IMG/VR virus record: IMGVR_UViG_3300046779_001442
Span: 1-64,000 of that record
Source of the DNA: a virus
Length of the DNA stretch: 64,000 bases
Reading direction: 5' to 3' (one strand)
Made by a program: the position numbers and the translations under genes. The first letter of the stretch is position 1. The number at the start of each line of letters is the position of its first letter. Positions 27,340 to 37,483 of the stretch are shown in pieces. The notes under the pieces are model-generated. The model ran no database searches. It was not told the DNA's origin and worked only from the letters and a program-made list of their open reading frames with translations.

Positions 27340-27987
27340 ATGAAGGATCATAAATTTTTTATTCGTGACATAGATAATGACATAGAGTCACTCTTGTCGT
27401 GGACTTTAGATTTGAATGAAAGACTAGTCTCTGGAAATCTAGTAGAGCTAGACAAATCCATGCTTGATGCATACAAGGATAGTTCATCTGGAGCAGGTAC
27501 CGCCTTTCTTTCACACTACAATATTTTTGAGATGGGCAACCCACAAATTGAAAAGCTAAAAAATGCAATCCATGATGCCCTAAAAGAGGCATGTATCTAT
27601 TATGAAATAGATTATGATGCTGAAGATTGGTACCTACACGGCTGGTTCAACAAAAATGCTAAAGAAGATATGTGGGATGTCTCTCCTATTGATAATCAAG
27701 ATAAGTGGCACGAACACATGAATGGTGTTGGAGCACCAGTGTTTCACGGATACTACTGTGTAAATGCAGAACCTTCTGTAACCGTGTATCAAGTATTTAA
27801 AAATCCAGAAAATATAAAAGTAAATGTAAATAAAAATAATCGTTTAGTTGTTTCAGAAGTTGGTCATCCTCATGGCATGGGAAACTGGAGAGTTGATGGT
27901 CCAAGAGTAACCATTGCTTATGATATTGCACCAAGAGCCTATATTAGCGACGAGGATGCACAAGCATGGACAAGGCTTGAAAAATGA
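27340..27987 (+). CDS. Putative Fe(II)/2OG oxygenase (paralog 3)
   Basis: GWFNKN...WHEH...FHGYY...GHPHG...PRVTIAYD. Confidence 0.7.
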   Translation: MKDHKFFIRDIDNDIESLLSWTLDLNERLVSGNLVELDKSMLDAYKDSSSGAGTAFLSHYNIFEMGNPQIEKLKNAIHDALKEACIYYEIDYDAEDWYLHGWFNKNAKEDMWDVSPIDNQDKWHEHMNGVGAPVFHGYYCVNAEPSVTVYQVFKNPENIKVNVNKNNRLVVSEVGHPHGMGNWRVDGPRVTIAYDIAPRAYISDEDAQAWTRLEK

Positions 27988-28142
27988 AAAACTGGATATT
28001 AAGAATAAAATGTTTTATATCTGGTCATAAGGTTATTAAGGGTAACGCCTGTCCAGTAACTGGTATGGTTAGATTAGACTGTATAACTTGTGGTGGATCA
28101 AATATGCCAAAACATGTAGATAAGGTTGGAATGTTTCAATGA
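27984..28142 (+). CDS. Small Cys/His protein (52 aa)
   Basis: MKNWILRIKCFISGHK...CPVTG...CITCG; ATGA overlaps with both neighbours. Confidence 0.65.
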   Translation: MKNWILRIKCFISGHKVIKGNACPVTGMVRLDCITCGGSNMPKHVDKVGMFQ

Positions 28143-28666
28143 GTAAGACGGATGATATTAAGTATATTAAGGGCTTCATGCCAGCTGATATAGCTAAAGC
28201 AATTTACGAGTATTCTGTAAAAAATGATGAATTTTTTGATGAATTTGGCAATGGAGAAAAAGAGTTTAGGGTTAATGTGTTTAAAAAGTCTGATGAAGAA
28301 ACACTGGCCATGAAAAATCTAGTAACAGAGTGGGGCAAAAAAGTGTATGACTTTGTGCTAGACACATATGGTCCAAGGTTCTACGAATATGATGAGACAA
28401 AATCACATATTGCAAGATTTGAACCAGGCTGGGGTATGCATGAGCATTTTGATGCTAGCAAGCCAAACGATATAGCAACATTAATATATATAAATAATGA
28501 TTATATTGGTGGAGATATCTATTTCCCAGAATATGGAATTTCTCACAAGCCAGAGCCAGGAGACCTCTTAACTTTTCCAGACAATCCAGATTACGTGCAT
28601 GGGGTAAGAGCAATATCTGATGGAATTCGTTATACAACTCCACGCTGGTTTACACGTATAGTATGA
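28139..28666 (+). CDS. Prolyl-4-hydroxylase-like Fe(II)/2OG oxygenase
   Basis: H-F-D...LIYINNDYIGGDIYFP...P-x-PGDLLTFP...HGV...G-x-RYT. Confidence 0.9.
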   Translation: MSKTDDIKYIKGFMPADIAKAIYEYSVKNDEFFDEFGNGEKEFRVNVFKKSDEETLAMKNLVTEWGKKVYDFVLDTYGPRFYEYDETKSHIARFEPGWGMHEHFDASKPNDIATLIYINNDYIGGDIYFPEYGISHKPEPGDLLTFPDNPDYVHGVRAISDGIRYTTPRWFTRIV

Positions 28667-28681
28667 TAAAATATATATACA

Positions 28682-31600
28682 ATGACAGCCTCACTCAGCC
28701 TATACTCATCCAAAATCATCAAGGAACACCCCCTTGGTCTTTGGCCACTGCAAGACAAATGTGACTACCTGTCCATACTTAATTCTTCTCAGAGGGATTT
28801 AACTTCTTGGAGCTTAGATGGTGGACAGATGTCATATACATCTACACTAACAACCCCAATTCCAGAAGAGCCAGTTTACAGAATTGACTCAGCACATGTT
28901 GGTGCCTCTAACGTAAGAATGGTAAGGCTGAATAGCGAGGTTATTGGAAACTTTTCGTCTATAAACGAGTATCTAGCTACATTTACGCTATCAACCTTTT
29001 TATACTCTTCTACCGACAGCATTCTCTCTGCAACTATTGGGTTTGCATATACTGATCCAACCTATGGCGAGTATCGTGTATTTAAACGTTTTCCGCTGTC
29101 AGTTGCAGGTAAATGGGTATTCTTATCAGAAACATTTGATAGACCATATGACATTAATTCTGAATACTATCTTTTTATAGAAATTGAGTTTCTATCTAAT
29201 AAGACCACAGATCCAGTGCTATTTTTGCTAAATGGACTTTCTCTTGGCCAATGGACAGAAGAGTTTAACTCATCATCTTCGGGTGTTGTTCCAGAGACCG
29301 TAGTTGGCTCTATATATGGATTGCCAGATAATTCTAAGGCAGTAAAACTTCTTGCATCAGCAGAAGCCACTAAAGATGGATATGCAATTGTCGCAGACAA
29401 TCAACTAAAGGCAAGAAATTCTGGTATGCCGATGGTATATGGGTCAGACTCTTCGATGACAATATATCCAAATGGATCTAGTCCATCTATAGTTATACCT
29501 GGCTTGGGTTTTATGAATAGAGTTGGTCAGTACAAGAACTACACTATCGAGGCATGGATCAAGATAAGCCCATCTGGATACTCTGAGTCAAAGATATTTG
29601 GACCAGTCGCATCTTCTGATGGAATATATGTTGATGGACCATTCTTAAAGCTTAAGGTGGGGGATTATTCAATTTCACACTATGTCTCTGAATGGTATAG
29701 ACCAATGTTGGTGCACATATCGATATCATCAGACAGAATTGTTATGCTTTTGAATGGTGAGCAGGTAGGTCAGATATTGGTAAATAGATCAGATCTTGTT
29801 TTTCCAGAAGAAGTGCTAAATGGAAAAGAGCAAGACTGGCTGGGATTCTATTCTAATGACTCAATCGATATATTTGAAATTGGACCAGTGTCAATATACA
29901 CATATGTTATCTCAAATGCTATTGCTAAGAGAAGATGGATATTTGGGCAAGGGGTAGACAATCCAGAAACTTTAAATGTTGCATATGGTGGAAAGAACAT
30001 ATATTTTGACTACCAATTTGCCAAATATTCATCAAACTATTCTTATCCAAAAATTGGTTCATGGTCTAGCGGAATATCTAACAACTTGTCAAGCGATACG
30101 GACTACTTAAAGATTCCAAGCTTTAAGAGTATGGAGCTGGTGGTCCCCGAACAAACACAGTCAGAGTTTTTAAAAAATAGTAAGAGTATCCAAAACGAAG
30201 ATTCAAAATTTATATCTTTGCCAAATAATGCATATGGATATTTTGAAAATCTAAATATTTTAAAAGACGGCGTAGAGTCTATTTATGTAACTTTTAAGTC
30301 TATATCTGCACCAACAGAACTAAGGCAGACCCTCATAGAGCTAAGAGATAAAACAACTGGAGACTACTTATCAGTGTCGTTGTCTGGTTCTGGCATTGAG
30401 TACAAGCTAAGGTATCTTGGACAAACCGAAGTTCTTGGAACAACTCAGCAATACTATCCAGGAGAAAAATTTTCTATAGGTCTTCACATAAAAAGATTTG
30501 CAAGTTATTTTGGAAATGCTGCAGCAACATTTTTAAGTAAAAAAGATTCTTTGGCACTCTATGTTGGCGGTACTGGTTCTTCAGACTCTTTTATTGGAAA
30601 CATATATTCTATATCTTTTAACAATCAGTTTGCTACCAAGAAAATAGAGGATTATTTTGCTCCAAATGGAATTGTGTGGGATGCAGAGCTGGTTGAGTCA
30701 ATGCTTGCAGATGCGGATGCTGGACTATATAGTACAACATTTTGGGAATTTGTTCTGGATGGTGGACAGGTTGCAGAATATGCAGGCATAGGTCTTATCG
30801 ATAATGCAAACACTAGCTATACCATAAAACCATACGAAAATAGTTCTACTATGTATCTAGATGGAGTAATGAATGGTTCTTGGAAGTCTGCCCTACCACT
30901 TTCATATTTCGGAAAAAATGTAACTAACTCAAAGGGTATCCAGTACTACGATCTTGATTTTATACAGTTTAATATTGGATATCCATCACCTGGAAGATCG
31001 ATTGCTGTTACAGAAACCGATGCTTCGTGGAGCTATCAAGACTTAGCACTTAAATTTTCTTCCCCATCTCAGAAAAAGTATAGTGACCTAGATAACCATC
31101 TATATACTGGATATATTGATTACACTGATTTAAAGAATAATTCTAGACAAACATATAAACTAGATACTTCGGGGTCAATTGTAAAAAGCTATATATATTT
31201 TAAAGATATCTCGCAAGATGTTGAGGACGATTCATACTACACAAATATTGCGATGGCACCAAAAGATGGAATGTTAAGTCCAGGAGAAGAATGGATAAAC
31301 ACCAAGTATGAGATTGTAGATGGAATGATAATCTATCCACCTACCAATGTTAGTTTTGCACAAACTGTGATGGTTACAGAGATAGTTGTATCAGCGGAGC
31401 ATATATCTGATAAGCCTTTGGCAATCAGCACACTAGAGCTTTCGTCAATTGCACTTAATGATGAAACTCCAACGCCAATTGGAACTAGATACGGAACTGA
31501 CATCTATCCCTTTACAGAAAATGGCTTTTATTATGACTATAAGTCTCCAAATCCATTTTCAATATATAAAGGCAGCACACCATACCTATATTTGACTAAA

Positions 31601-32335
31601 AATAGTGGTATAAGGCTAAAGGGTGCATTTAATAATAAAAATGTTCGAGGCATAGACATCCCAGTAAATAGTGAAAAGACAAATAATCATAAAATGATTG
31701 CTATGCAAATGTTTGCAATGTATGATGATGACTTTTTCCCATATAGTCCGACAGAAATTTTTGAGATAATATCAAATACCTCACACCTAAAATTCTATAT
31801 TGAGGCAACACACCCAGACGGACTAAGAGGTAAAATATATGCTATCAATGACAAAACTGGTCAGCTTGAAAATGGTGTTGGATATTACATTAATGGCAAA
31901 GTTGTTAAAGACCCAGTGCTGACAATAAAGCAATGGGCATCATTAGGTATAGGTTTTTCTAACTACCTAGATTTTTCTAATAATGGTGGATCAATTAGAA
32001 TAACAGGTCCAATGCTTATTAATAATATATCTCACTATAACTCTGTAAGATTGCAGCAAGTTCAAAATATCTCTGTTAGACCATGGTTCCTAGTAAAAGA
32101 GTCTGGAAGAGTCAAATTTGATTGGCGATATTGGGACGGAATATTCAAGTGGTTCGAAGTGCTCGTGCTTTCGTCTAGAAATTTCTACGGTATTGACCCA
32201 TCCGATATATACAAGTCATACGTTGGAACTACCAGAATAATTATTGATGACAAGTCAATATTAAGGCTATTAAGGTCAAAGTATAGGGCAATAACAAACT
32301 CTAATAGGCAAACTACAACTATTAATGCTGTTTAA
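28682..32335 (+). CDS. Large virion protein with LamG/concanavalin-like domain
   Basis: 1217 aa; N-terminal HPLGLWPL and a YTIEAWI...W...H...LNGEQV LamG-like segment. Confidence 0.65.
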   Translation: MTASLSLYSSKIIKEHPLGLWPLQDKCDYLSILNSSQRDLTSWSLDGGQMSYTSTLTTPIPEEPVYRIDSAHVGASNVRMVRLNSEVIGNFSSINEYLATFTLSTFLYSSTDSILSATIGFAYTDPTYGEYRVFKRFPLSVAGKWVFLSETFDRPYDINSEYYLFIEIEFLSNKTTDPVLFLLNGLSLGQWTEEFNSSSSGVVPETVVGSIYGLPDNSKAVKLLASAEATKDGYAIVADNQLKARNSGMPMVYGSDSSMTIYPNGSSPSIVIPGLGFMNRVGQYKNYTIEAWIKISPSGYSESKIFGPVASSDGIYVDGPFLKLKVGDYSISHYVSEWYRPMLVHISISSDRIVMLLNGEQVGQILVNRSDLVFPEEVLNGKEQDWLGFYSNDSIDIFEIGPVSIYTYVISNAIAKRRWIFGQGVDNPETLNVAYGGKNIYFDYQFAKYSSNYSYPKIGSWSSGISNNLSSDTDYLKIPSFKSMELVVPEQTQSEFLKNSKSIQNEDSKFISLPNNAYGYFENLNILKDGVESIYVTFKSISAPTELRQTLIELRDKTTGDYLSVSLSGSGIEYKLRYLGQTEVLGTTQQYYPGEKFSIGLHIKRFASYFGNAAATFLSKKDSLALYVGGTGSSDSFIGNIYSISFNNQFATKKIEDYFAPNGIVWDAELVESMLADADAGLYSTTFWEFVLDGGQVAEYAGIGLIDNANTSYTIKPYENSSTMYLDGVMNGSWKSALPLSYFGKNVTNSKGIQYYDLDFIQFNIGYPSPGRSIAVTETDASWSYQDLALKFSSPSQKKYSDLDNHLYTGYIDYTDLKNNSRQTYKLDTSGSIVKSYIYFKDISQDVEDDSYYTNIAMAPKDGMLSPGEEWINTKYEIVDGMIIYPPTNVSFAQTVMVTEIVVSAEHISDKPLAISTLELSSIALNDETPTPIGTRYGTDIYPFTENGFYYDYKSPNPFSIYKGSTPYLYLTKNSGIRLKGAFNNKNVRGIDIPVNSEKTNNHKMIAMQMFAMYDDDFFPYSPTEIFEIISNTSHLKFYIEATHPDGLRGKIYAINDKTGQLENGVGYYINGKVVKDPVLTIKQWASLGIGFSNYLDFSNNGGSIRITGPMLINNISHYNSVRLQQVQNISVRPWFLVKESGRVKFDWRYWDGIFKWFEVLVLSSRNFYGIDPSDIYKSYVGTTRIIIDDKSILRLLRSKYRAITNSNRQTTTINAV

Positions 32336-32353
32336 TATGGTATACTAGTGGTT

Positions 32354-32731
32354 ATGAAAAAGCAAAAACCACGTTTTCCTGGTCAGGTTGGAGAAACCAA
32401 GGTTCAGGTAATTGAAGAAAACTTCTCTCTATTTGGTACCTATGTATGGACAAAGCCAAATGGCAAAGCATTTACAGATGGCCAGGGAAATGCCCTCTCC
32501 ATTGAAGGCCTTAAAGATGACAAGGCAAAAATTAAAGAATTAGCTGATGCAGCAAAGTATTGGGGGCAGCCAGAAGGACGTGCCGTATTCTATCCAAACA
32601 TGAGAAAGATCTCAGACGAAGAGTACTCTGAGCAAGTAGATAGAATGAACAATGGTCTAATTCCATCTATGAATGACCTTGGTGCAGTTATTGCTGCAAA
32701 GAAAACTCTAGAGCTTTATGGAGACGAATAA
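32354..32731 (+). CDS. Hypothetical protein upstream of portal
   Basis: Leaderless after TGGTATACT; coupled to the portal gene. Confidence 0.75.
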   Translation: MKKQKPRFPGQVGETKVQVIEENFSLFGTYVWTKPNGKAFTDGQGNALSIEGLKDDKAKIKELADAAKYWGQPEGRAVFYPNMRKISDEEYSEQVDRMNNGLIPSMNDLGAVIAAKKTLELYGDE

Positions 32732-34368
32732 TGTCAGACGAAATTCTTTATATTAATGCTTCGCTACCAGAAGAATCTACAGAGGTAGATGCGTTTAAAG
32801 CACAAGACCCATTCTCAAAGTCTTGGGAAGACCTCAAGCTATTTAATGGCCTGGAAAAGAATTTTAAGCGTCGTTCAGACAGAATGTCTAAAGCAGCAGA
32901 CCCACTTCTAGAAAGTAGGGTAGTTAATACTAATGTAGATGTTACATCTTTGGGGTATCAAGATTCAGCACTAGCCGTTAGATCTGGAAAAGATGGTGCA
33001 AGATCAAAAGAGATCAATCCTGGTTCGGTATTTAGGAATGGTTACGGAATATTTGATGTAATTACTCCACCATGGAACCTATATGAACTAGCAAATTATT
33101 ATGACACATCTTTTGCTAATCACGCTGCCATTGACGCAAAGGTAGAAAACATTGTTGGTCTTGGCTACGACTTTGAGGTATCAAAAAGAACAATGATGAC
33201 ACTTGATGCACAAGCCAATGAAAGTGCTTTAGAAAAAGCAAAGAAGCGTATTGAAAGAATGAAGGTAGAGCTTCGTGATTGGCTAGAGGGTTTAAATTCA
33301 GATGAATCTTTCACTAACATTATGATGAAAGTAATGACAGACTTTGAGGCTACTGGAAACGGATACCTTGAGATTGGAAGAACAGTAACTGGAGAGATCG
33401 GATATGTTGGACACATACCATCGACAACTATGCGTGTTCGTAGAATGCGTGATGGATATGTTCAGATTATTGGTCAAAGGGTTGTATACTTCCGTAACTT
33501 TGGTGCAAATAATCCTAACCCAATTACTGCAGATCCAAGACCAAACGAGATCATTCACTTTAAGTCATATTCGCCACTAAATACTTTTTATGGTGTTCCA
33601 GATATTATTTCTGCAATTGGTTCTCTACATGGAGATCAGCTTGCTTCACAGTACAACATTGATTATTTTGGCAACAAGGGTGTTCCAAGATATGTTGTAA
33701 CCCTAAAGGGTGCAAGGCTATCTGAAGATGCAGAAGACAAGATGTTTAGATTCTTGCAGACAAATCTAAAGGGTAGCCACCACAGAACTCTTTACATCCC
33801 ACTTCCTGGAGACTCAGATACAAACAAGGTAGAATTTAAGATGGAGCCAGTTGAGACTGGAACTCAGGAAGCATCTTTTAATGAATACAGAATTCGCAAT
33901 CGTGATGACATTCTTGTAGCACACCAGGTCCCACTCTCTAAGATTGGTGGAGGTGACTCTGCTGCGATTGCTGCTGCTCTTGCACAAGATCGTACATTCA
34001 AGGAGCAGGTAGCTCGTCCTAGACAAGATGCTATTCAGAAAATGATCAACAAAATGATCAAAGAGAAGACAGATATCCTTGAGTTTAAGTTTAATGAGTT
34101 AACACTTACTGATGAAATTGCTCAGTCACAGATCCTTGAAAGATATGTAAAGAACATGATTATTGTTCCAGACGAAGCACGTGACATTTTGGGTATGGGT
34201 CCAAGACCTGATGGAGATGGAAACAAGCCACTAGAGCTAAAGCCAAAAGAAGCTCCAAACAGCACTGGCAATGATGCAAGAGATGCTGAAAGAACTAATA
34301 ATGCATCTGATAGTACGGCAACGATTGCTGGAAGAAATCCAAAAGGTGAAGGAAGAGCCAGTCAATAA
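32731..34368 (+). CDS. Portal protein (HK97/PBSX type)
   Basis: TGNGYLEI, NEIIHFK-x5-TFYGVP, YFGNKGVP and ILVAHQVP motifs; position in the head module. Confidence 0.92.
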   Translation: MSDEILYINASLPEESTEVDAFKAQDPFSKSWEDLKLFNGLEKNFKRRSDRMSKAADPLLESRVVNTNVDVTSLGYQDSALAVRSGKDGARSKEINPGSVFRNGYGIFDVITPPWNLYELANYYDTSFANHAAIDAKVENIVGLGYDFEVSKRTMMTLDAQANESALEKAKKRIERMKVELRDWLEGLNSDESFTNIMMKVMTDFEATGNGYLEIGRTVTGEIGYVGHIPSTTMRVRRMRDGYVQIIGQRVVYFRNFGANNPNPITADPRPNEIIHFKSYSPLNTFYGVPDIISAIGSLHGDQLASQYNIDYFGNKGVPRYVVTLKGARLSEDAEDKMFRFLQTNLKGSHHRTLYIPLPGDSDTNKVEFKMEPVETGTQEASFNEYRIRNRDDILVAHQVPLSKIGGGDSAAIAAALAQDRTFKEQVARPRQDAIQKMINKMIKEKTDILEFKFNELTLTDEIAQSQILERYVKNMIIVPDEARDILGMGPRPDGDGNKPLELKPKEAPNSTGNDARDAERTNNASDSTATIAGRNPKGEGRASQ

Positions 34369-34442
34369 TAAAATGTGATATAATAGTACAAAATGTTATA
34401 AAAACGTAATATTGCAAAAAAAGGCTCTATAATTATACTACG

Positions 34443-35768
34443 ATGACTATTTCTAAGGCAAACTGGACTACAGACGGCACAGACATCCGCCTGTCAATGC
34501 CCCTTTCTAAGGTGGACGAAGAAAAGCGTATCGTTTCTGGTTTTGCCACACTAGACAACCTAGATAAGCAGGCAGATATCGTAACCCCAGAAGCAAGCCT
34601 TAACGCATTTAAGAGATTCCGTGGAAATATTCGTGAAATGCACCAGCCAATTTCAGTTGGCAAGATGGTTTCATTTAAAGAAGAAAAGTTTTTTGATCCA
34701 GAGACAAAGAAGATGTATAACGGCATCTATGTTTCTGCATATGTTTCAAAGGGTGCTCAGGACACTTGGGAAAAGGTCCTTGATGGCACCCTTTCTGGTT
34801 TTTCTATCGGCGGTAGAATGAACAAGTGGGATGATGCATATGATGAGAAGATGGATTCTGCAGTTCGTATTATCAAAGACTACGACCTAACAGAGTTATC
34901 ACTTGTTGACAATCCAGCTAACCAATTTGCCAATATTCTTTCTGTACAGAAGTCAGATGGTGTAATTACTGGTATCGCAGTAGACACAGTAATTGAAAAT
35001 GTTTTTTATGATAAAGAGGCTGGCATCGCAATCCTGTCTGAAGAAGAATCAGCCAATAGTCCAATATCAGGTGAGCCAATGCAGAATATAGGTTTCGTTG
35101 AAAAGAATGACAGCGAAAAATCAGAAATGATAAAATTCTTAGTTGATAGTGCTAAAGGCATTAATCTTGCTAAGATGACAAAGGAGGTAAGTCCTATGAC
35201 AGAAGAGACAACAATTGATGCAACAGTAGAAAAAGCTGATGCAGCAGATACCGTTGTTGACAATGCACAGGTCGCTCCAGAGGCAGAAGTTGTGGCAGAT
35301 GCTCCAGCAGAAGACGTTGAAAAGTCTGACGTTGTTGAGAAGAGCGATGACAAAGATGAAGATGACAAGCCAGAAGCCGAAGCTACTATGAAGTCAGATG
35401 ATATGTCTGATGAAGAGGAAGAAGAGGAAGAGGCTAAGAAGTCAGATGATGGCGAAGAGGTTTCAAAGGCAATTGCCGAAATGAAAGACTCTGTAACATC
35501 AGCCTTTAGCGATCTTGTATCAACAATTAAGTCAATGCAAGAAGAAATTTCAGTATTGACCAAATCACTAGATTCAGTAAAAAATGAGGTTTCTGAATCA
35601 AAGAGTGTATTTAACGAGTTTGGAAAGAGAGTAGATGCTGTAGAAGCAGACACAGCTTTCCGCAAGTCTGGCGATATCGGCGATATCGTGCAGGAACAGC
35701 CTGAGACACAGGTTGAAAAATCAATATGGGGCGGACGTTTCCTCAAAACTGCCGATCTATTCAGATAA
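34443..35768 (+). CDS. Prohead protease fused to acidic scaffold
   Basis: RIVSGFAT-x-D-x2-D-x-Q-x-D, IREMH, GFSIGG, ELSLVDNPAN, then an acidic/coiled-coil C-terminal half. Confidence 0.92.
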   Translation: MTISKANWTTDGTDIRLSMPLSKVDEEKRIVSGFATLDNLDKQADIVTPEASLNAFKRFRGNIREMHQPISVGKMVSFKEEKFFDPETKKMYNGIYVSAYVSKGAQDTWEKVLDGTLSGFSIGGRMNKWDDAYDEKMDSAVRIIKDYDLTELSLVDNPANQFANILSVQKSDGVITGIAVDTVIENVFYDKEAGIAILSEEESANSPISGEPMQNIGFVEKNDSEKSEMIKFLVDSAKGINLAKMTKEVSPMTEETTIDATVEKADAADTVVDNAQVAPEAEVVADAPAEDVEKSDVVEKSDDKDEDDKPEAEATMKSDDMSDEEEEEEEAKKSDDGEEVSKAIAEMKDSVTSAFSDLVSTIKSMQEEISVLTKSLDSVKNEVSESKSVFNEFGKRVDAVEADTAFRKSGDIGDIVQEQPETQVEKSIWGGRFLKTADLFR

Positions 35769-35789
35769 AATCACTTAGGAGGTGACAAT

Positions 35790-36923
35790 ATGTCGGAAGA
35801 AATTAAGAAAAACAACCCTGATGCTGCAGGTGCTGACTCTGGTCTTTTTAACGGAGAAGGTGCTTTCGCTTCAGGTTCAACAGCTGGTGCTAATGTTCCA
35901 GGTAACTACACTGATGGTGGTGCTATTGGTAACATCCCAACAGCTAACTTTGGAGTAACTACAGGAGCTAACGCAGTAAATCCTTCAGGTGAGGCTGGCA
36001 GTGGTATTCTACGCCCTGAGCAGGCACGTCGTTTTATCGACTATGTTTGGGACGCAACTGTTCTTGCTAACGATGGTCGTCGTGTAACAATGAGAGCTAA
36101 CACCATGGAACTTGAGAAGGTAAACGTTGGTGAGCGTGTAATCCGTGCAGCTGCACAGGCAAACGGTGACTACACAAACACTGGTGCTACATTCTCTAAG
36201 GTAGAACTTACAACCAAGAAGATTCGTCTTGACTGGGAAGTTTCTGCTGAAGCTCTAGAAGATGGTATTGAAGGTGGTGCTCTTGAGGATCACCTAGTAC
36301 GTCTAATGACCAACGCATTCGCCAATGACATTGAGGACCTTGCCATTAATGGTACAGGTACAGGTAGCGATTCATTCTTGTCAATCATGAATGGTTTCGT
36401 TAACAAGGTCAAGAATGATGGAGATGCACACGAGGCAGTAGTTACTGTTGCTGACAATGCATGGACTCCAGAAGTCATGCAGAAGATTATCCTTGCTATG
36501 CCACGTAAGTACCGTGCACTTAAGAACAACCTTAAGTTCTACGCTGGTACTGATGCATTCCAGGGTATCGTAAAGCACAATGGTACTCTTGCTGACGCAA
36601 TTGCTGAAGCATTTGCTGGTACTCCAGCAGGTACCCCTGCAAACCGTCAGGCTTACCTAGACGGTGCTGGTCAAACATTCGGTGGAGCACGTACAACTCG
36701 TGTTCTCGGTGTAGACGTTCAGGAAGTTCCATACTACCCAGAAGGCTACGTTGACCTTACATTCCCAGCTAACCGTGTTTGGGGTATGCAGAGAGACATC
36801 ACTGTAAACCGTGAATACAAGCCAAAGAAGGACACCATTGAATACACAGTATTCGTTCGCTTTGGTATTCAGTGGGAAGAGCAGGACGCTATTGCGTTCG
36901 CTGACGCTGCTGCAGATGCATAG
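35790..36923 (+). CDS. Major capsid protein (HK97 fold)
   Basis: GILRPEQA-x2-F, LTTKKIRL-x2-EVS-x-EALED-x-IE and DLAING motifs; strong RBS and downstream terminator. Confidence 0.92.
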   Translation: MSEEIKKNNPDAAGADSGLFNGEGAFASGSTAGANVPGNYTDGGAIGNIPTANFGVTTGANAVNPSGEAGSGILRPEQARRFIDYVWDATVLANDGRRVTMRANTMELEKVNVGERVIRAAAQANGDYTNTGATFSKVELTTKKIRLDWEVSAEALEDGIEGGALEDHLVRLMTNAFANDIEDLAINGTGTGSDSFLSIMNGFVNKVKNDGDAHEAVVTVADNAWTPEVMQKIILAMPRKYRALKNNLKFYAGTDAFQGIVKHNGTLADAIAEAFAGTPAGTPANRQAYLDGAGQTFGGARTTRVLGVDVQEVPYYPEGYVDLTFPANRVWGMQRDITVNREYKPKKDTIEYTVFVRFGIQWEEQDAIAFADAAADA

Positions 36924-36943
36924 TCTGTAAACAGTACCTTTTT

Positions 36944-36975
36944 AGGGGGCAGGGGCATCCAAGCTCCTGCCCCTT
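36944..36975 (+). terminator. Terminator hairpin after capsid gene
   Basis: AGGGGGCAGGGGC / GCTCCTGCCCCTT. Confidence 0.75.
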
Positions 36976-37022
36976 ATCTCATATAATAATGTATAATATA
37001 CATAGACATTTAAGGAGGAATT

Positions 37023-37481
37023 ATGTCCGAAGAAATCAAAAATGAAGATGTAGTCCCAGCATCAGTTGTAGCAGATGAACCGATTGTTGCACCAGAAGTT
37101 GCAGAAAAGGCAGCTGAGGTTGTAGCTGAAATCGTTGCTGAAGCAAAGATTGAAGAAGCACCAAAGACAGCAGAAGATGTTATTACAACTAACGCAGCTC
37201 CTGCAGCTACTGAAAAGCCAGCTCTTGGCTCAGTGTCAGATGGTGTGATTGGAACATCAACAGTTAAGTCAGTCAAGAAAGCTACTGCACCTAAGAAGGC
37301 AGAAGAGAAGAGAGACGATGTAGTCGCAGTATATTCTCCAAAGAATATTCACTGGGAAGGCGTTGGAAGACTTTCAAAGGGCTTTAATGTTGTATCTAAG
37401 GATGCAGCAGCCAAGTGGCTTACACGAGATGGTGTCAGAGCAGCTGATCCAAAAGAAGTTGCTAAGGGATACGGTCTATAA
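37023..37481 (+). CDS. Hypothetical head-module protein
   Basis: 152 aa, Ala/Glu-rich N-terminus, AAGGAGG RBS. Confidence 0.75.
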   Translation: MSEEIKNEDVVPASVVADEPIVAPEVAEKAAEVVAEIVAEAKIEEAPKTAEDVITTNAAPAATEKPALGSVSDGVIGTSTVKSVKKATAPKKAEEKRDDVVAVYSPKNIHWEGVGRLSKGFNVVSKDAAAKWLTRDGVRAADPKEVAKGYGL

Positions 37482-37483
37482 TA

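Noticed and set aside
35006-35746. 246-aa minus-strand ORF and other antisense or alternate-frame ORFs inside structural and replication genes
   Set aside because: They are shadows of strongly supported plus-strand genes, with no RBS or recognisable motifs.
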